Source: Oligoflexales bacterium
GTDB taxonomy: Bacteria; Bdellovibrionota_B; Oligoflexia; Oligoflexales; RGVZ01
NCBI GenBank assembly: GCA_947494335.1
Contig: CANLUT010000003.1
Coordinates: 22,682 to 86,681 of the forward strand
DNA length: 64,000 nucleotides
Reading direction: 5' to 3'
Shown: piece after piece, positions 54,751-64,000 of the stretch
Numbering within the stretch: the first letter of the stretch is position 1
Layout of the letters: the number at the start of each line of letters is the position of its first letter
Position numbers and translations under genes: made by a program
The notes under the pieces: generated by a model
The model's database searches: none
Seen by the model: the letters and a program-made list of their open reading frames with translations, nothing else
What the model was told of the DNA's origin: nothing

Positions 54751-56857
54751 AAATGCCCCCTTTTCTGAGGGTAGCGTAACACTCCGACAGGTCTCTTCCC
54801 ACCACAAGTAGCGCTAGGGCCTGCTTTGCGCGGGCGGGGTCATTCATAGGGTAAACGCCTTTGCGAATGACACGTTGAGCATTGTGGTTATGTAGGTCAT
54901 CGGGCTGTAATTTTTTAAGTGCCTGAGTTAGCTCAGTAAATCCTGGGTAGCCTGCGCGCTCCAGATCCCTTTTGGAAAGATGGATCCAAAGACCGCAGTG
55001 TTTGGATGCGATCTTTTGGGTTAATTGCAGCGCGATACGACCCATGGACCAGCGGGGATTTAATTCGATCATAGGTCTAAGTGTGAGGCGATCTTGATCG
55101 CGGTAAATAAATGCGTCTATTCCGAGCGGGCCAAAATATCCGGATTTTGCCGCAATCTGACCGATCTCAAGGGCGGTCTCGCGCAAGGTTTTTTGCCATC
55201 CTTGTTGTTCGTTGTGCCATCGCTGGAGTGCATCGGTTTCAAAGTCATCCATAATTCGGCCTAGAATGTGACCTCGGTATTGACCACCCGACGTTGTCCA
55301 AAATCGGGTTAATCCGACAAACTGAACGTCTCCGTTCTCTAGGATATCAATGTGAGCACTGAGATCGGCAACCTTGTCGAGCCAAGGCTCTGCTAAAACT
55401 TTTCCGTGTTGTTTAATTGCTGATTTCAGCCATGCGAGCTCTTTGTCTTTGGGTGAATCACTAAGGACGCGGCACATGCCACGACCTGACGTGCTAAATG
55501 GAGTTTTGAAGACAATGGCTTTGTGTCCCTGATTCTTTCGAAGATTTTCAATCGTTGCATCAAGGGTTTCCAACTCTGAAACGTAAGCCCTTGGTAACGA
55601 GTCGAGTTTGAGCTGTTCTCTGATGCTGGCTGCCGTGAACTTGCTAAATAGGCACAGTTCAGACGTGGCGTCTCCTAAGTTTGGCGTCTTTAGAGGCGAC
55701 AAAAGACTAGACTCCAGCGGGGCAAAGTATTTTTTAGCAGCGGGGGACCATCCCCAAGGAACGAATTTATCGATTTTACGGTTTTTCAGTCGTGAGATAT
55801 CGGCATGGGCGACAAATTCCGGGACATCAAAGCCAATTGCGTTGAGCGTACTAAGAAATTGCACCGAAGGAAGTTCAGTTGTCATCACAATATCGTGTTT
55901 GTGCGCGATAAAGGACATCAATGATTCATAGTCGCACGCTAGCTGGCGAATACTTTGTGGTGCTGTCCAAGCTGACGAGCCTGCTTCAACCTCGCTCTCG
56001 CAGCCAGGGTTGAACATTAAAACCTTTGGAGGTCGACCTTTTGACTGATTGTGAACAGCCAGTTCATCAATAAAGTCCTCCGTTAACCCTGCAGCCCGGC
56101 GACCCTCTCGATCCAGTTTTATACCTTTGGCTCTTGCTGGTGTTATGGGAAACGTGAGCGTGTCATACCATTCTTTAAACAGGCGCTCAGTCTTTGGACG
56201 CCAGCGCTCAAACCAGACGACACCGTGTTTGACGTGGCCAATTTCCTCAAGTCGCACACGTTTCATAATTTCAGCGGTCGTTGTGTCTCCGAGCTCCGAA
56301 AATGTGGACTCATAGTGTAGAGAGAAATCAAGATTAGCTTGTTCAAAGGTCATGGACATCGCTGCTGCATACTCTAGAGGCGAAGACATGGATTTAAGTG
56401 AATTCCAAAAAAATGCATTGACCGGCGCCTCTCCAAATTTCACGCCAAGTTCGGTCATGCGCTGCAAGTATAAACGCAGATGACTTTGCTCCTCGGCCAT
56501 CGTTTGTACGATGCCTTTGCGAAACCCTAGCGGTGCATCGGGCCACTTCAAAAGAGCTAGCGCCATAATTTCAAGCGCTAAAAGCTCGTGATTGGCAAAA
56601 AAATGCAGAACCATGCCTCGAGAGCGGTTCTCTTGCAGGCTCGTCTTCGCAGGGAAACGTGATTTGGCACTGGCGCCCCGGCTCATTAAACTCAATTCGG
56701 TCGGACGACCAGGTGCATCGGGGATTGTGGTTAACGGGCTGACGATGGACGCGTCCAGCTGCACAGAGACTGATGGAGCTTTCAGCTTGTCTTCCAGCGA
56801 TGAGGAAAACAGCACTAACTCCGCGAATGATTTGATAGTTTCAGCAGTTGCGCCCAT
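54689..56857 (-). CDS. fusion protein: DUF455-like ferritin-fold di-iron domain plus C-terminal ATP-grasp domain
   Basis: The N-terminal 270 aa or so carry NHELLALEIM, AEEQSHLRLY, TFEQANLD and LEEIGHVKHGVVWF (the E/H ligand pattern of DUF455). The C-terminal half carries KTPFSTSGRGM, LGIDAFIY and MIELNPRWSMG (ATP-grasp E-x-N-x-R). The stop lies 62 nt inside the PNP gene. Confidence 0.65.
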   Translation of the reverse strand: MGATAETIKSFAELVLFSSSLEDKLKAPSVSVQLDASIVSPLTTIPDAPGRPTELSLMSRGASAKSRFPAKTSLQENRSRGMVLHFFANHELLALEIMALALLKWPDAPLGFRKGIVQTMAEEQSHLRLYLQRMTELGVKFGEAPVNAFFWNSLKSMSSPLEYAAAMSMTFEQANLDFSLHYESTFSELGDTTTAEIMKRVRLEEIGHVKHGVVWFERWRPKTERLFKEWYDTLTFPITPARAKGIKLDREGRRAAGLTEDFIDELAVHNQSKGRPPKVLMFNPGCESEVEAGSSAWTAPQSIRQLACDYESLMSFIAHKHDIVMTTELPSVQFLSTLNAIGFDVPEFVAHADISRLKNRKIDKFVPWGWSPAAKKYFAPLESSLLSPLKTPNLGDATSELCLFSKFTAASIREQLKLDSLPRAYVSELETLDATIENLRKNQGHKAIVFKTPFSTSGRGMCRVLSDSPKDKELAWLKSAIKQHGKVLAEPWLDKVADLSAHIDILENGDVQFVGLTRFWTTSGGQYRGHILGRIMDDFETDALQRWHNEQQGWQKTLRETALEIGQIAAKSGYFGPLGIDAFIYRDQDRLTLRPMIELNPRWSMGRIALQLTQKIASKHCGLWIHLSKRDLERAGYPGFTELTQALKKLQPDDLHNHNAQRVIRKGVYPMNDPARAKQALALLVVGRDLSECYATLRKGGIYDDYLELCLQGETGRHVSST

Positions 56858-56967
56858 AAGTACCCGGACTCTATAACATATTGTTTATGATGCAAATAAA
56901 ATAGTGCTAGGATCTGCAGCCTTGAATTTATTCTAGTGTCACTTATTGTTTTAAGTATCCAGGGAGT

Positions 56968-58956
56968 TTGCCGTTGATCCGGGTTGAAAGCCTAAAAAAG
57001 TCATTTGGTTCGAAAACGATTTTGAACGGCGTGACATTTCACTTTCCCGAAGGTGAGCGCCTTGCGCTCGTCGGGGCGAACGGGGCTGGGAAAACCACTC
57101 TCCTGGATATTTTAACCGGTGTCGCGGAAGCTGACTCTGGGCAAATTTTGAAGCCTAACCGCTTGAGGCTAGGCTATTTACCCCAAGAGCCCAATCCATC
57201 ACCCATGACGTCAGTCATTGAAGAAGCCGTTATTGGGGGGGATGGTTACATCCAATCACTGGTGCGTCGTCATCGTGCTGCACTGCAAGAGATGACTGTG
57301 AACTATTCCGAAGCAAGTCACCGGGCTTGGGAGATGCTCGATGAGGAGTATAAAAGTGAGGGCGGTTACTCCCTGGAATCTGAGGCGATGTCGATTCTCT
57401 CCGGCCTTGGTTTTCACGGGGGAATGATTGCGAAGGACCCTCGCGAACTTTCGGGTGGTTGGCGCATGCGTCTTGAGCTGGCGAAAATATTCCTCAATAA
57501 GCCAAACTTTCTGGTACTGGATGAACCAACGAACCATTTGGACTTACCGAGTTTAGTTTGGGTTGAAAAATGGCTCCAGAGCTTCAAAGGTACCTTGCTT
57601 TTTGTATCTCATGATCGAAGTCTGCTAAGGCGTTTGCCAACCAGTACGCTCCATTTGCAGAACGGCGTGTTCACGAGATACTCCGGGAATTTTGACTCAT
57701 TTCTAGAGCAGCGTGAAATGCAGCAGGAGTTGGTCGCTGCCCAAGCAGACACCTTGCGTAAAAGACGTGAGCATCTAGAGTCATTTGTGACTCGCTTTGG
57801 CGCTAAGGCAACCAAAGCAGCGCAAGCCCAATCAAAAATGAAAATGATTGCACGCATAAGAGATTTGGAGTCTGACGTTGTTGGTGAAGAGGATGTGGAT
57901 GCAATGCACGTGGAGATTCCCTTGGGTCAGCCATCAGGCCGTACTGTGCTTTCCATCAAAGATGGTGCAATTGGCTACTCTCAGCCGCTCAGTCGTGGCA
58001 TCAATCTTTTAGTGGAGCGCGGTCACAAAGTTGCTGTTATCGGCGCTAACGGGATTGGCAAATCAACATTACTAAAGACCGTTGTGGGAGATATCGGGGC
58101 GCTCAATGGGAGTTTTGAAATAGGGCACAATGTTCGACTAGCATGGTTTGCTCAAGATCAACTCTCCACCTTGAATCCTGAAAAAAGCATTCTCGAGAAC
58201 ACCTTGGACGCATCTCCGAAAGCCACTCAAGGCTTGGTACGCAACCTTCTTGGAAGTCTTCTGTTTCGAGGCGAAGACGTTTATAAGAATGTAAAGGTGC
58301 TTAGTGGTGGTGAGAAGGCGCGGGTGGGTTTGGCTCGACTTTTGATGCAAGAGGCGAATTTTTTGGTACTGGATGAACCAACAAACCATCTCGATATTTC
58401 GTCGTGCGAGGTGCTGTCACAGGCAATAACCGATTTTGAAGGAACGGTACTGTTTGTTAGTCATGATCGTGAGTTTATTGACTCGGTTTGCACACACGTC
58501 TACGCCATGCTTCCTGACGGCAGAGGCAGACTGTTTGAAGGTAAGCTTTCTGACTATGAAATGATGGCAGACAAGTCGGGATTTCCAAATGTCCTTAGTG
58601 TGCAGGCAACGTCCGCTCAGCAAGCTGATAAAAGCCCAAGAAGTACCTCGCCAATTCCTGACACTTCCTCGAAGATTTCTGAGCAGGACGTTAATCGGCT
58701 AAAGAAAGAGGCACAGAAGAACCAGAAAAATGTCGAAAAATTAGATTTAGAGATGTCTCGTCTCCAACGACTGATCGCAGATTGTGACTCTCAGATGGAA
58801 CAGTGTCATTCTGACTTTAGTCGAGTAGCAGCCTTATCTGATGAGAAAAGGGGATTTGAGCGACAACTAGCTGAATATGAGGAACAATGGCTCGATCTTT
58901 CTGAAAAAGTAGAATCAGTTCGCCAGACTCTTATGTCATTGGGACGAACGATATAA
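56968..58956 (+). CDS. ABC-F family ATPase (two ABC domains, coiled-coil tail)
   Basis: GANGAGKTT / LSGGWRMRLELA / LVLDEPTNHLD, then GANGIGKST / LSGGEKARVGLA / LVLDEPTNHLD. No TM domain. TTG 56974 fits the GGGAG SD better than TTG 56968. Confidence 0.88.
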   Translation: MPLIRVESLKKSFGSKTILNGVTFHFPEGERLALVGANGAGKTTLLDILTGVAEADSGQILKPNRLRLGYLPQEPNPSPMTSVIEEAVIGGDGYIQSLVRRHRAALQEMTVNYSEASHRAWEMLDEEYKSEGGYSLESEAMSILSGLGFHGGMIAKDPRELSGGWRMRLELAKIFLNKPNFLVLDEPTNHLDLPSLVWVEKWLQSFKGTLLFVSHDRSLLRRLPTSTLHLQNGVFTRYSGNFDSFLEQREMQQELVAAQADTLRKRREHLESFVTRFGAKATKAAQAQSKMKMIARIRDLESDVVGEEDVDAMHVEIPLGQPSGRTVLSIKDGAIGYSQPLSRGINLLVERGHKVAVIGANGIGKSTLLKTVVGDIGALNGSFEIGHNVRLAWFAQDQLSTLNPEKSILENTLDASPKATQGLVRNLLGSLLFRGEDVYKNVKVLSGGEKARVGLARLLMQEANFLVLDEPTNHLDISSCEVLSQAITDFEGTVLFVSHDREFIDSVCTHVYAMLPDGRGRLFEGKLSDYEMMADKSGFPNVLSVQATSAQQADKSPRSTSPIPDTSSKISEQDVNRLKKEAQKNQKNVEKLDLEMSRLQRLIADCDSQMEQCHSDFSRVAALSDEKRGFERQLAEYEEQWLDLSEKVESVRQTLMSLGRTI

Positions 58957-59137
58957 ACTTTTAGAAATTTCGATAAAATACATATCTTTACCTAGATTAT
59001 AAAAAATAAAAAAAAAACACGGAAAGGCAGTGAGTTTCAGAGGTCTCGCACGTCTTAAAGATGGTTGCGGGTTTCTCTGGTCAAGACTTCAGGTCCTAGC
59101 TTGTGCGATGACATTGGATTGGAGGGTCTTCCCAGAC

Positions 59138-59165
59138 TAAACTATAGACAGGTTTTCACCGATGC
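59138..59165 (+). promoter_or_regulatory. weak sigma-28-like promoter candidate for the chemoreceptor gene
   Basis: TAAACTAT, 12-nt spacer, ACCGATGC. The spacing matches P1-P3 but the -10 has two mismatches. It lies about 85 nt upstream of ATG 59249. Confidence 0.3.
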
Positions 59166-59248
59166 CGCGTACAAATATTGAGACCAATTAAAAGCGGTCT
59201 TGGTGAGCGAAATTTAAGGTGCATTTTTAAATTGTGTAAGGAGGACTT

Positions 59249-61159
59249 ATGGAAGAGCTTCTCAAAATTCCATCAACCAAGCAGGCCCCAGGTCTCGAGT
59301 ATTTCGGGATGTTGGAAAATGCTCCTATCAACGTCCTCTACTGCGACTTGAACATGACCATTCAATACGTCAATCCAAAAAGTCTTGAGACTCTGACATC
59401 AATCGAAAAATGGCTACCAGTTCCAGCAAAAAAGGTCCAGGGCAGTACAATTGACATCTTTCACAAACATCCGTTGCATCAGCGGAAGATGCTTGCTAAT
59501 GACGAAAATCTTCCCCACAAAGCCGTGATAAACGTTGGTCCCGAAAAGCTTGAGTTGTTGGTGTCCCCAATTTACAACAACAAAAAAGAGTACTCGGGCA
59601 TCATGGTCACTTGGGACATAGTTACCCAGAGGATTTTGGATCAAGAAAACCTGGCGCGCATTTACTCCATGATGGAAAACGCTCCTGTTAACATCATGTA
59701 CTGCGATCGCGATCTAAATATCCAGTACCTGAACCCCAAAAGCCGCGACACTCTCAGGATGATTGAGCGACATCTTCCAATTTCAGTGGATAAGGTGGTG
59801 GGCGCAAATATCGATGTTTTTCACAAAAATCCGGCACATCAAAGAAAGATCTTGGCAGACGACCGTAATCTCCCAATCCAAACGGTCATATCAGTCGGCC
59901 CAGAGAAGCTTGATCTCCTCGTCAATGCTATTTATGACACAAATAAGAATTTCATCGGGACCATGGTGACATGGGATGTAGTTACGAAAAAAATCGAAAA
60001 CGAAATTGAACTGGCCCGCATTTATTCCATGATGGAAAACGCGCCGATCAATATTATGTGTGCTGACTTGGATTATAAACTGCGTTACTTAAATCCGGCG
60101 TCCGTTAGAACGCTTCGTACCTTGGAGAAATATCTTCCAAAGCCGGTTGATCAACTCGTTGGACAATCGATTGATATTTTCCATAGAAGTCCAGAAAATG
60201 CCCGCCGAATTACAAAAGATGATAAGCAGTTACCATATGTGGCTAAAATTAAGTTAGGGCCTGAAACCTTGAAGCTGTTGGTCGCACCAATGTACGACAA
60301 CAACAAATCCTATATCGGACCAATGGTAACTTGGGAGGTTATCTCAGCTCAGATGACTCTTGTTTCGGAGATTACCGAAGCTAGTCGAATGTTATCCGCT
60401 GCTGCGGCTGAACTCAATGCGACTGCAAGCCAGATGACAACGAATGCTACAAAGTCGACAAAAGAAGCAAATCAAGTTGCTGGAGCCTCAGAACAAGTCT
60501 CTCGAGGTGTGCAGACCGTAGCGACCAATACGGAAGAGATGAGTGCATCAATTGCAGAGATAGCGCGTAACGCGAACGAGGCTTCTATGGCAGCCAACTC
60601 AACGGCCCGTCAATCTGAGGTGACAAATACCACCATTAACAAATTGGGTCAGTCCAGCTTGGAAATTGGAAATGTCATAAAAGTTATTTCGTCTATCGCA
60701 CAGCAGACAAACCTTCTGGCACTCAACGCGACAATAGAAGCCGCTCGCGCGGGAGATGCGGGTCGCGGATTTGCAGTTGTTGCGAACGAGGTCAAGGAGC
60801 TTGCTAAGCAGACGGCCCAGGCGACAGAGGACATTACGAACAAAATTGGTGGCATTCAACGAGACACATCGACTGCTGTTGATGCAATTGGAAGTATCTC
60901 TGAGAGTATCCGTAGATTGAACGGAATTGCATCCGCCATTGCAGCCTCAGTGGAAGAGCAACAGGCAACAACTAACGAAGTAGCTCGCGTCGTTCAGGAG
61001 TCCTCTCGCGGCGTACAGTCCATCTCGGAAAGCGTCAAGGTAGTTTCACTTGCGTCAAGTGAAACTCAGATCGGCGCAGAGCAGGTCCTTCAGGCCGCCC
61101 GTTCATTGGGAGAGTTGTCAGAGAAGCTAGAGAGCTTGGTTAAAAAGATTCAGGTGTGA
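59249..61159 (+). CDS. soluble methyl-accepting chemotaxis protein with three tandem PAS domains
   Basis: AAGGAGG SD and no TM segment. Three 120-aa repeats are followed by the MCP signalling domain ([37 protein letters not shown]). Confidence 0.9.
   Translation: MEELLKIPSTKQAPGLEYFGMLENAPINVLYCDLNMTIQYVNPKSLETLTSIEKWLPVPAKKVQGSTIDIFHKHPLHQRKMLANDENLPHKAVINVGPEKLELLVSPIYNNKKEYSGIMVTWDIVTQRILDQENLARIYSMMENAPVNIMYCDRDLNIQYLNPKSRDTLRMIERHLPISVDKVVGANIDVFHKNPAHQRKILADDRNLPIQTVISVGPEKLDLLVNAIYDTNKNFIGTMVTWDVVTKKIENEIELARIYSMMENAPINIMCADLDYKLRYLNPASVRTLRTLEKYLPKPVDQLVGQSIDIFHRSPENARRITKDDKQLPYVAKIKLGPETLKLLVAPMYDNNKSYIGPMVTWEVISAQMTLVSEITEASRMLSAAAAELNATASQMTTNATKSTKEANQVAGASEQVSRGVQTVATNTEEMSASIAEIARNANEASMAANSTARQSEVTNTTINKLGQSSLEIGNVIKVISSIAQQTNLLALNATIEAARAGDAGRGFAVVANEVKELAKQTAQATEDITNKIGGIQRDTSTAVDAIGSISESIRRLNGIASAIAASVEEQQATTNEVARVVQESSRGVQSISESVKVVSLASSETQIGAEQVLQAARSLGELSEKLESLVKKIQV
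59309..60352 (+). repeat. triplicated 360-bp (120-aa) PAS-coding module
   Basis: The units begin at 59309, 59669 and 60029, each opening M[LM]ENAP[IV]N[VI][LM]... and containing ID[IV]FH[KR].P...R and MVTW[DE][IV][VI]. Confidence 0.85.
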
Positions 61160-61175
61160 TTGTTCTAAAATGAAA

Positions 61176-61205
61176 AGGGCTGGCAATATTTGCCAGCCCT
61201 TTTTT
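61176..61205. terminator. bidirectional intrinsic terminator
   Basis: agggctggca-atatt-tgccagccct forms a perfect 10-bp stem, preceded by an A-run and followed by ttttt. It lies between the stops at 61159 (+) and 61214 (-). Confidence 0.9.
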
Positions 61206-61213
61206 GTTAATTA

Positions 61214-62524
61214 TTAGGATGACAAGTGTGATGGTTGGCCTGTGGATTCAAGAACATTAAACCATAGTTCTCCTGCCGGGTTGATTCTTTGACGGCCAGA
61301 TATGGCGTGAAACGGCACATGCGTCATGCGTCCATGCCAAAATCCTACGAGCATGCCCGTTTTTCCTGCCATAGCCGCGTGGACCGCATTCTGAGCAAGA
61401 CGTGCACAAAATAGCTGATCACCGGCGTTTCCGCAATGTGCGCGGATCAGATAGCTGGGATCAATATATTTTAGTGTCATGGGAATATTTCTATTTTTGA
61501 AGTGTTCTCTGATTTTGTCACGCAAATAGGTTCCGATATCGCCAAGCTTTATGTTTCCGCTAGCGTCAGTCTCCCTCCTCTGATCATTTTCAAAAAATTT
61601 TTGACCCGCTCCCTCTGCGATAACAATCACAGCGTGCTCTCTAGCAGACAGGCGCTTTTCTAATGCAGAGAGGAGTCCTCGAGGTCCCCCGAGGTCAAAA
61701 TCGACTTCAGGAACGAGACAGAAATTTACGTCACCCGACGCTAATGTCGCATTGGCCGCGATGTATCCTGATTCCCGACCCATTAGCTTGACGAGTCCAA
61801 TTCCGTTATGGACGCTTTCTGCTTCCACATGAGCAGCTTTTACCGATTCGACAGCAATACTAACAGCGGTTTCAAATCCGAATGTTCGTCGCACCCAGGG
61901 GATGTCGTTATCGATGGTCTTTGGTATACCAACGATGGCAACTTTTTCGCCGCGCCGCTGTAGTTCTTTATTAAGCGCCGCAGCTCCGCGCATGGTACCG
62001 TCTCCGCCGATGGCAAAAACGATATTGATACCTTTTGCAATGAGTGAGTCGGCAATTTCCTCCGTCGGAGGTGAACCTCTTGATGTTCCGAGAATGGTGC
62101 CTCCTTGGGTGTGGATTTCTTCCACATCGTCCGGAGTCAGACCGACAAAGTGATCGGCTTTTTCCTTCGCAAGGCCCTGATAGCCGCCTTTAATTCCCTC
62201 TATATATCTGCATCCATAACGATGCCAAAGCTGCATGACAACGGCGCGAATTACACTATTGAGGCCTGGACATAGACCGCCGCAGGTTAGAATTGCAGCC
62301 TTCACTTTGTCAGGCTCAAAGAAGATCTTCTCCCGGGGACCACCCACTTCAAATGCTTCTGGTTCATCTCCTCGTCGAACTTGATCAAGCAGCGTTGTAA
62401 GGTTAGGTTTTAAGGCCATCAGGTCATTGTCACTGGTGAATGACCCTGTATCAGGCAAATTTATAGGGGAATCCCATAGACAGGGTCCGAGTGTCTCAAT
62501 TGAAAATCCTTTTGTTGCCGGCAT
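61214..62524 (-). CDS. pfkA: 6-phosphofructokinase (long group-III type, predicted ATP-dependent)
   Basis: Start moved to ATG 62524 (AAGGGAG SD). TCGGLCPGLN, AIGGDGT (Gly rather than the Asp of PPi-PFKs), PKTIDNDI and MGRESG. Confidence 0.85.
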   Translation of the reverse strand: MPATKGFSIETLGPCLWDSPINLPDTGSFTSDNDLMALKPNLTTLLDQVRRGDEPEAFEVGGPREKIFFEPDKVKAAILTCGGLCPGLNSVIRAVVMQLWHRYGCRYIEGIKGGYQGLAKEKADHFVGLTPDDVEEIHTQGGTILGTSRGSPPTEEIADSLIAKGINIVFAIGGDGTMRGAAALNKELQRRGEKVAIVGIPKTIDNDIPWVRRTFGFETAVSIAVESVKAAHVEAESVHNGIGLVKLMGRESGYIAANATLASGDVNFCLVPEVDFDLGGPRGLLSALEKRLSAREHAVIVIAEGAGQKFFENDQRRETDASGNIKLGDIGTYLRDKIREHFKNRNIPMTLKYIDPSYLIRAHCGNAGDQLFCARLAQNAVHAAMAGKTGMLVGFWHGRMTHVPFHAISGRQRINPAGELWFNVLESTGQPSHLSS

Positions 62525-62665
62525 GATGTCACACTCCCTTGTCCAGAAAACAAACATCAATTTCAGTAGTTTAGCATGGATCCGTCCTTGGCAGAAGGCG
62601 TATGGACAAGGCAAACCGGGGCATGATAGAAGCCGCCTACCGTAGACGGCAGTTGCCAGGGGGTC

Positions 62666-63781
62666 TTGGGTTTGGATGTATTGGCGCAAATAACTGAATC
62701 AAAACCGGAGAGCGCAAGTTTTCTGGGTTTGACGATAGAGGATGCGGGGCAGCTTTGCGTTAAGTCGGGAGCGTCTCCAATACATGCTCGAGATTTATTT
62801 CGTGCAGTCTACAAGGACAATCAGTTAAAGCCTTGGGAGAGACCTGGAATTCCAAAAAAATTGGCCTCCGACTTGGCTAACGGATTTCAATTAACCGGCT
62901 TAAGAATTCACAGTGAGAATCAAAGTCGTTACGATTCCAGCGTCAAATTTCTTATCGAGCTTGGGGATAAGTCCCAAGTTGAGATGGTCCTCATGCCGGA
63001 GGCAAAGCGAATTACACTGTGTGTCAGTTCTCAGGTCGGATGTGCCCAAGCATGTATTTTTTGTCATACAGGTCGAATGGGGCTAACCCGAAATCTTAGT
63101 GCGGCAGAAATTGTAGGGCAGGTCTGGCTTGCAAATCATTGGATTTCCACCCATGGCGACTGGTTATTAAAGCTAGGTCTTCCAGCTCATCAAAGAATCT
63201 CCAATATCGTGTTTATGGGTATGGGCGAGCCATTGGATAATCCAGAGGCCGTTGGCAAGGCGATTAGTATTTTGATTGATCCCTTTGGCTATAACCTTGC
63301 GAAACGAAAGATCAGTGTCTCGACTGCTGGACATATGGATGGGCTGGACAGATTGCTGCGTTTACATCCTGATGTGCGGTTGGCTATTTCTGTTCACTCC
63401 GCCTTTGATCATGAGAGATCAAAAATTATGCCAATAAATCGCAGGTGGCCGCTGAAAGATCTAATAGCAAAGCTTAAAGACTTGCCGACACACAAAGAAA
63501 ATGGATTGTTGTTGCAATATACATTGATTGCTGGCGTCAATGACTCAACAGACCACGCTCGTGAGCTGATTCGTCTGGTGGACGGGATGAATGTAAAAAT
63601 AAATCTCATTCCTTTAAATCCGGTCGGTCCCTCGCGCTTAAGTAGCCCTAATGTCGATAGACTTGAGGCATTTCGTGATGAAATCTATCGTGCTGGCCAT
63701 CGTGTCATGGTTCGCTACAGTAAGGGACAAGACATCGGCGGTGCGTGTGGCCAGTTGGTTGTTTCCCAAAAAGACGCCTAA
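62666..63781 (+). CDS. rlmN: 23S rRNA/tRNA (adenine-C2)-methyltransferase, radical SAM
   Basis: CVSSQVGCAQACIFCHTG (CxxxCxxC), GMGEPLDN and VNLIPLNP. TTG 62672 fits the GGGGG SD spacing better than TTG 62666. Confidence 0.88.
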   Translation: MGLDVLAQITESKPESASFLGLTIEDAGQLCVKSGASPIHARDLFRAVYKDNQLKPWERPGIPKKLASDLANGFQLTGLRIHSENQSRYDSSVKFLIELGDKSQVEMVLMPEAKRITLCVSSQVGCAQACIFCHTGRMGLTRNLSAAEIVGQVWLANHWISTHGDWLLKLGLPAHQRISNIVFMGMGEPLDNPEAVGKAISILIDPFGYNLAKRKISVSTAGHMDGLDRLLRLHPDVRLAISVHSAFDHERSKIMPINRRWPLKDLIAKLKDLPTHKENGLLLQYTLIAGVNDSTDHARELIRLVDGMNVKINLIPLNPVGPSRLSSPNVDRLEAFRDEIYRAGHRVMVRYSKGQDIGGACGQLVVSQKDA

Positions 63782-63913
63782 ATACCTTTCGATTAAGTTT
63801 GTTCGCAAAGAGTCCCTCGGGGCTTATTTTTTGCAAATAACCGAATTATTTAAGAAAAACAGCAAATGAGACGAAGGACTAACTGAGGGTCTGTACTTTG
63901 TGGAGGCATCATA

Positions 63914-64000
63914 GTGTCTAGCGTCCAATCGCCAGCGCTGTCCTATAACGCGCAGCAGTACCGCGTAAAAATTTCGTTTACGCGCGCTGATGCTTTGCGT
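63914..64000 (+). CDS. 5' end of an unidentified gene running off the window
   Basis: GTG 63914 lies 6 nt after GGAGG (63903-63907), and the frame stays open to the window end (VSSVQSPALSYNAQQYRVKISFTRADALR). It is too short to identify. Confidence 0.3.
   Translation, partial: MSSVQSPALSYNAQQYRVKISFTRADALR

Noticed and set aside
62525-62689. N-terminal extension of the pfkA ORF. Similar extensions occur at 54751-54807 (PNP), 45243-45314 (MFS), 13318-13401 (S1 protein), 49445-49492, 1612-1668 and 20617-20646.
   Set aside because: In each case an internal ATG is preceded by a clear SD and matches the expected family N-terminus or a signal peptide. The extensions contain the SD itself.

Overview
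This is a densely coding 64-kb chromosomal segment, roughly 48-50% GC by eye, with about 65 protein genes on both strands. I saw no transposase, integrase, prophage, CRISPR array or tRNA. The backbone is housekeeping and central metabolism: maeB, galE, frmA-frmB, ispB, speA, rsmD-coaD, selD/selU, phoU, purE-purK, prfC, a PunA-type nucleoside phosphorylase, an ABC-F ATPase, pfkA and rlmN. Between these lie accessory blocks that encode almost only exported proteins: secreted hydrolases, many lipoproteins and outer-membrane barrels. That content, the frequent TTG/GTG starts and the FliA-like promoters are reminiscent of Bdellovibrio-like predatory bacteria, but this is inference only because no search was possible.

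The observations I rank highest:
1. 5146-11612 holds six same-strand genes for exported proteins: a Ca-binding protein, four lipoproteins (two of them paralogues) and a FadL-like barrel. The block splits into three units, each behind the same sigma-28-like promoter architecture.
2. 32009-37799 is a convergent locus. It carries a large exported protein, three tandem paralogous mini-lipoproteins, and a four-gene overlapping operon that ends in a short CpaC/RcpA-like secretin. No ATPase, pilin or platform gene is present.
3. 54689-56857 encodes a DUF455-like di-iron domain fused to an ATP-grasp domain, and its 3' end overlaps the nucleoside phosphorylase gene.
4. 51653-52404 contains an orphan, apparently 5'-truncated 5S rRNA segment with its own terminator, abutting an Ig-like ORF fragment and a structured non-coding stretch.
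5. 59249-61159 encodes a soluble chemoreceptor with three exact 120-aa PAS repeats.

Several ORF-track starts were moved downstream where a Shine-Dalgarno sequence, a signal peptide or a promoter supports it. All family assignments come from motif recognition by eye and need profile searches to confirm.
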